Below, one piece after another: positions 59,238-64,000 of a stretch of 64,000 bases of DNA. How positions within the stretch are numbered: position 1 is the first letter of the stretch; each line of letters opens with the position of its first letter. The notes below the pieces were generated by a model. The model worked only from the letters and a program-made list of their open reading frames with translations, was not told where the DNA came from and ran no database searches. The position numbers were made by a program, and so were the translations under genes. Origin of the DNA: Chrysomallon squamiferum (Eukaryota; Animalia; Mollusca). The stretch lies in the NCBI GenBank assembly GCA_012295275.1, contig CM022675.1, positions 4,340,001-4,404,000 of the forward strand. Direction: 5' to 3'.

Positions 59238-59675
59238 AAACGAGTCTTTGAAGTTACAGATTCTCCAACTACAAATGCAAATCCAAATTTGTTTCTGAAA
59301 CAAAATGTTTTCTCCGAACTCTGGAAAATAACATAACCAGGATTCAGACTGAGACTCTATTAGTAAGAAATTTTAAATAAACATGAATATACATCTAGAA
59401 AGACGTGTGTGTGTTTATGTTTGTACGTGTATGTGCGTGTGTACATTGTGTATGTTGTGACGTCACTTAAATAGTCAAAAAGCTATGAATGTTTTTATGT
59501 TTAATTTCTTTTGGTGATGTTTCCACACAGTTGCTGTTTTGAGGAAATCTGTAAATTCAAAGACTCGTTTCTTACTAATAGAGTCTCAGTCTAAATCCTG
59601 GTTATGTTATGTTCCAGAGTTCGGAGAAAACATTTTGTTTCAGAAACAAATTTGGATTTGCATTTGTAGTTGGAG
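59238..59675. repeat. Local inversion with duplicated, inverted flanks
   Basis: 59263-59570 is reverse-complemented relative to the paralogous spacer at ~21580-21930. 59263-59367 and 59571-59675 form ~105-bp inverted arms; 59238-59262 and 59546-59570 form ~25-bp arms. Confidence 0.85.
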
Positions 59676-61646
59676 GATTTTATACAAGAATAGTTGTTCA
59701 GGCATTGCTAAACATTAGAACACAGATTCTAGAAATGTGCTGTTGAAAAAATGACGTCACTGATTAACACCAAGAGAAGACAACTGTGATATCAGTTTTT
59801 TTTGTTTTACATTTCTACCGCAACAGAGAAATTAATTAATTCAAAGTTAATTTACTTCCCAAAAGATAAACGTGAAAAGTACTTGTCAAAAGAAGGGCAA
59901 CTGGTGCGGGGAGGGGGGGTCGAGTGTTTGACATTTCAGTCAACATTTGAACATTTTTAACGTTGATTATCAAGAACCAAGATTTACTTTTTTTTTTTTT
60001 TTTTTACACAAAATAAATTCAGGTCCATTTCAAGCTGTACTAACAAATTCCATTCAATGAAGTCAGTTTCGGAGAGTGAGGAACTCTCTAAAGGAGAGAA
60101 ACACTACTGTGAAACTTAGTTTCATGTAATGTAATAATTTTATTTCTGTTGTTTTTGTGAGACATAATTATTAAATACATTTTATTTTTATTTGTGACAT
60201 TCTGTGGATTTGAACTGCACTTTTTCCATAATTAAACTAATACAAAACGTGTTACCTAATGTACACTGACCTACAAATTGAATACAAACACGTTCTGTGT
60301 TTAAAATGAAGGAGATTTAATGATAATGTCACAGGATATAACTAAATAAATACATAAAGTCAACTAAAAACGAAAAATTTGTAAAATTAAAATTTTAGAA
60401 TATCAGTTTTAAATCTAATGACAATTTTCTAATAAGGTTTTGCAGTATATTACTTTATTTTGTTATAAACCATCTTCAAATGAAAATCACAGAACATGCA
60501 AGCAGAATTTGAAACTGAATGAATTTAAAGAATTTATCTGCAGACAAAGATTATTTTTATTTACCTATACGACAAAGAATTTTAAAAATACATTGACTAT
60601 ATTACAGGTAGAACGCAGACAACTGTGAAGATGATTTAAATTAATTACAGCTGTTTGTTTAATTAGTATTAACATTCTCTGTGTGACTGAGTGTTATAAA
60701 ACTGAGGTATACTACTTGTGTAATCTCTGTCCCAGGTAATACCCCACCCAGATTTTTATGTTTCAAAATCATTCTGTAAGAAAACAACTGCTTTCCATTA
60801 TTTATATTTCAGAGATCTTCAAACCTTGCATTTTAGTTGATAAAATTATATTTTTATAAACAGCCAAATTTACAGATTTATTACTACATTTGTTTTTAAA
60901 CAACTGTGACAGATCAATTTTTGAATATTTTTTTCATTATTTTTTTTTTTTTGAATAGAAATAGAACACTTGCTATATCTCAAAAATAAGAAATATCCAA
61001 AATTTCTCGTGTTTATCAGCTTTGCAAAGAACTGAAGTAGACACTGGTTTTTAATCTAATATTGTCTGTACTCTCTGTAATCTTACGTGGTCATCCTGAA
61101 AATTAGCTGAAAATGTGTGTGTGAAAATGAATGTATTTTTAGGTGAAAATAAATTAGGAATAGGTGCTGTATGAAAATAAAATGTATTTTTATTTTAGTG
61201 TGTGTTTGTGTGGGTGTGTCTAGATGTGTATGTATTGTGTTCAACGTGCTTGCATGTATGTATGGATCTATATATTTGTATCTATATATTTATATAAATG
61301 CAACGTGTGTATGTATGTATGTATGTATGTATGTATGTATGTATGTATGTATGTATGTATGTACGTATCCATGTATGAATTTATGTATGTACCAGAAAGA
61401 TGGTGTCATATCAAAACAAACAAATATTATTAATCGTTGAAATAATCCATAACACGGATGCATCACATACGAACTATACGACCACAAATGCACAAACAAT
61501 GCATTCTAAGTAGCCAGGTTCGTGACGTGTTTTCCTCTTTCTGTTAAAATCTACTTCCTTGTTGGTTTTAGCAAAACTCGGTTTTATATTGTCTTGCGTA
61601 AGAAATTTCCTATATAAAAGTAAACAGAAGAAAACAAAAAGAAATA

Positions 61647-62506
61647 ATGAATTTATTAACAGCAGTGATTATATTAACGATCTACAATCAGGTTACAGGT
61701 GCAGAAAGACTAGGTAAGTTTATTATTTATTTAAAATTAATGTATTCGTTGTACTTCAAGTCATCTGAAGTATGTATAAGGCTGGGGGAGATAATTTTAT
61801 TTAAGTTTTATTTATTGAGATTTGTTGTATATGATGATTATGTTTAAAGCAGACTTTTTTCAAAATAGAGCCTGGTGAATATTCAATGGATGTTTAGTAT
61901 GAAATGCTTGTGTCACAATTAATAATACTAACAACAACAGCAAAAACAACAATAATAAGACGAACGACAGTAATAATAATAACAGTAACAACATCAACAA
62001 CAACAATAATAACGACGACAACAAACAACAATAATGAGTGTGATGAAAATTAAATAACTGCATAGCGTAACAACAATACGCAATATGATTAAACATAACA
62101 GCATAAACTGGCACGTTATGACATATATTAAAAATAAACTATTTACTATAAATGCAAAATTAGCTCACATATTTTGACGTAGCTAAGTATAAATAACAGC
62201 AATATTATATATATAATAACGTAACATAACAATAATAATAACGAAACAATATTACATATTACAAAATTGTATATCATCACATAACTAAGTAATTATTTAT
62301 AAGTTTAGAAAACATAACATTATGAACATGTGTAAATGTTTACAATATAAACAAAATACATTTGTATAAATGTATATATAATATCGTAACATAAAATTTC
62401 ATCAACATAAAGCAACATAAATAATTAAGATAAATATTAATAAATGAACACAGGTCCGTGGTCTGACAGAAAACAAGAAGAAATGTTAGAAGAATATTTT
62501 ACACTG
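61647..62506 (+). pseudogene. Receptor copy 6, truncated inside exon 2
   Basis: Exon 1 at 61647-61713 (MNLLTAVIILTIYNQVTGAERL). Exon 2 starts at 62454 (PWSDRKQEEMLEEYFTL) and breaks after 62506; array spacer-like sequence follows from ~62750. Confidence 0.88.
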
Positions 62507-64000
62507 AATTCTTTACACTGATCTAAAAACAGCCTCAGTTGAGATTGTTTATTCTGTGATGTTTGCTTTTCTGATTTGAATTTTCCACTTCACCTTGTGC
62601 CCCATTTAGATTCATATTACAAAGTTTGTAACTTGTGTAAGTACTGTGATAACACTGTAGCTGATTATAATCGTCATTTTTGGTCCAGGTATTTTATTTT
62701 TTTTTTCTCATATACTCTCAGCTATTGAATTTTATTTCTACTGCGATATAGGAATTAATTAATTCAAATTTAGTTTACTTGTCAAAAGACAAACGTACAA
62801 AAAGAACTTGTGAAGTGAAGCGAAACTGGTGCGGGGGTGGTAATGTTTGACATTTTAGAAGTTGGTGTTCAACAACCGAGATTTACCACAGCTTTGTTTG
62901 TTTGTTTGTTTGTTTGTTTGTTTGTTGTTGTTGTTGTTGTTGTAGTTATTCTTTTCAGAAAATAAATTCAGGTACAAACATTACAAGCTGTACTAACAAC
63001 CTCCATTCAATGAAGTCAGTTTCGGAGAGTGGCGAGCTCTCTAAATGAGAGAAACTTAACTGTGAAACTTAGTTTAATGTAATGTACTAATTTTATTTTA
63101 ACTGTTTTTGTGAGACAGTTGTACTTGATGTTCACCATATGGGAATCATCGTTTTTGACGCGAAAACAGTCTGAAGTTTCAGTTATTTGATTATTTCAAA
63201 CAAACAGCAAACTTTAACTAACAGAGTGACTTTCATCTCAAACCAGTATTATCAGTCACATATTTATCACAGATCATATAAATGTAATTGTAAATTCAAA
63301 AATAATAAAAGAAAAATAATAACAAAATAAAATAATAATAATGATGATGATAGTAACAACAATAACGATGTATTAATGATATTTAAGGTAAAGAAATAAC
63401 AAGACAATAAGAGATGGAGAGGTAACGAGGACGTGGGTGACAACGTCATTATGTAATTGTCTGGTTGTGTTTTCTACGCAATTTGCTGATGTGCGCTATC
63501 TTAAGACTGCGCTGCTCATTCTTAAGATCGGTAGAACACGCGGAATTCGAGGAAATTAAACTAACATACAAAATGTGACCTCATGTACACTAACTGAATA
63601 CAAACATGTTTTATGTTTGAAATCAAGGAGATTTACTGATAATATAATAGGATACAACTAAATAAATAGATAAAGACAACATAAAAACAAAACAGATATC
63701 TAAAATTAATATTTTATAATATTAGCTTTAGTACTAATGACAAATTTAGTATCTCATATGACACTAGTCTACATGCACTGATGTTTACAGATGGTCCCAT
63801 AGTTCGGTCGAGTACGTTAATGGTACGCGCCAAGTACGATACAGAATTTTAAAAATACATTAACTACATTACAGGTAGAACTTAGACAACTGTAAAGATG
63901 ATCTAAATTCATTATAGCTGTTTGTTTAATTAGTATTAACATTCTCTGTATGACTGAGTGTTATAAAACTGAGATATACTACTTGTGTAATCTCTGTCCC

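Overview
AT-rich, microsatellite-rich, intron-containing animal DNA. It is probably molluscan, which I infer from the repeat landscape and protein style and have not verified. Most of the window is a head-to-tail (+ strand) tandem array of six copies of a 10-exon gene (ATGs at 4010, 14737, 24352, 39747, 52344, 61647). The gene encodes a type I membrane receptor: signal peptide, a C-type-lectin-like domain (CTLD) split by an inserted WSC domain, a second highly variable CTLD, a Ser/Thr stalk, a TM helix and a Tyr-repeat cytoplasmic tail. Copies 4 and 5 have open spliced ORFs with shortened tails. Copies 1 and 2 carry single-base homopolymer frameshifts, and copies 3 and 6 are truncated. Copy 3 is broken by a ~12 kb 5' fragment (three exons) of an alpha-2-macroglobulin/thioester-protein-family gene whose exon phases allow in-frame splicing into the receptor genes. 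Spacers contain Tigger/pogo-type elements, minisatellites and a template-switch inversion. Shared flanking blocks suggest the array continues beyond both ends. Gene models were read by hand from GT-AG sites, phase and cross-copy conservation, and nearly all other ORFs in the track are low-complexity artefacts.
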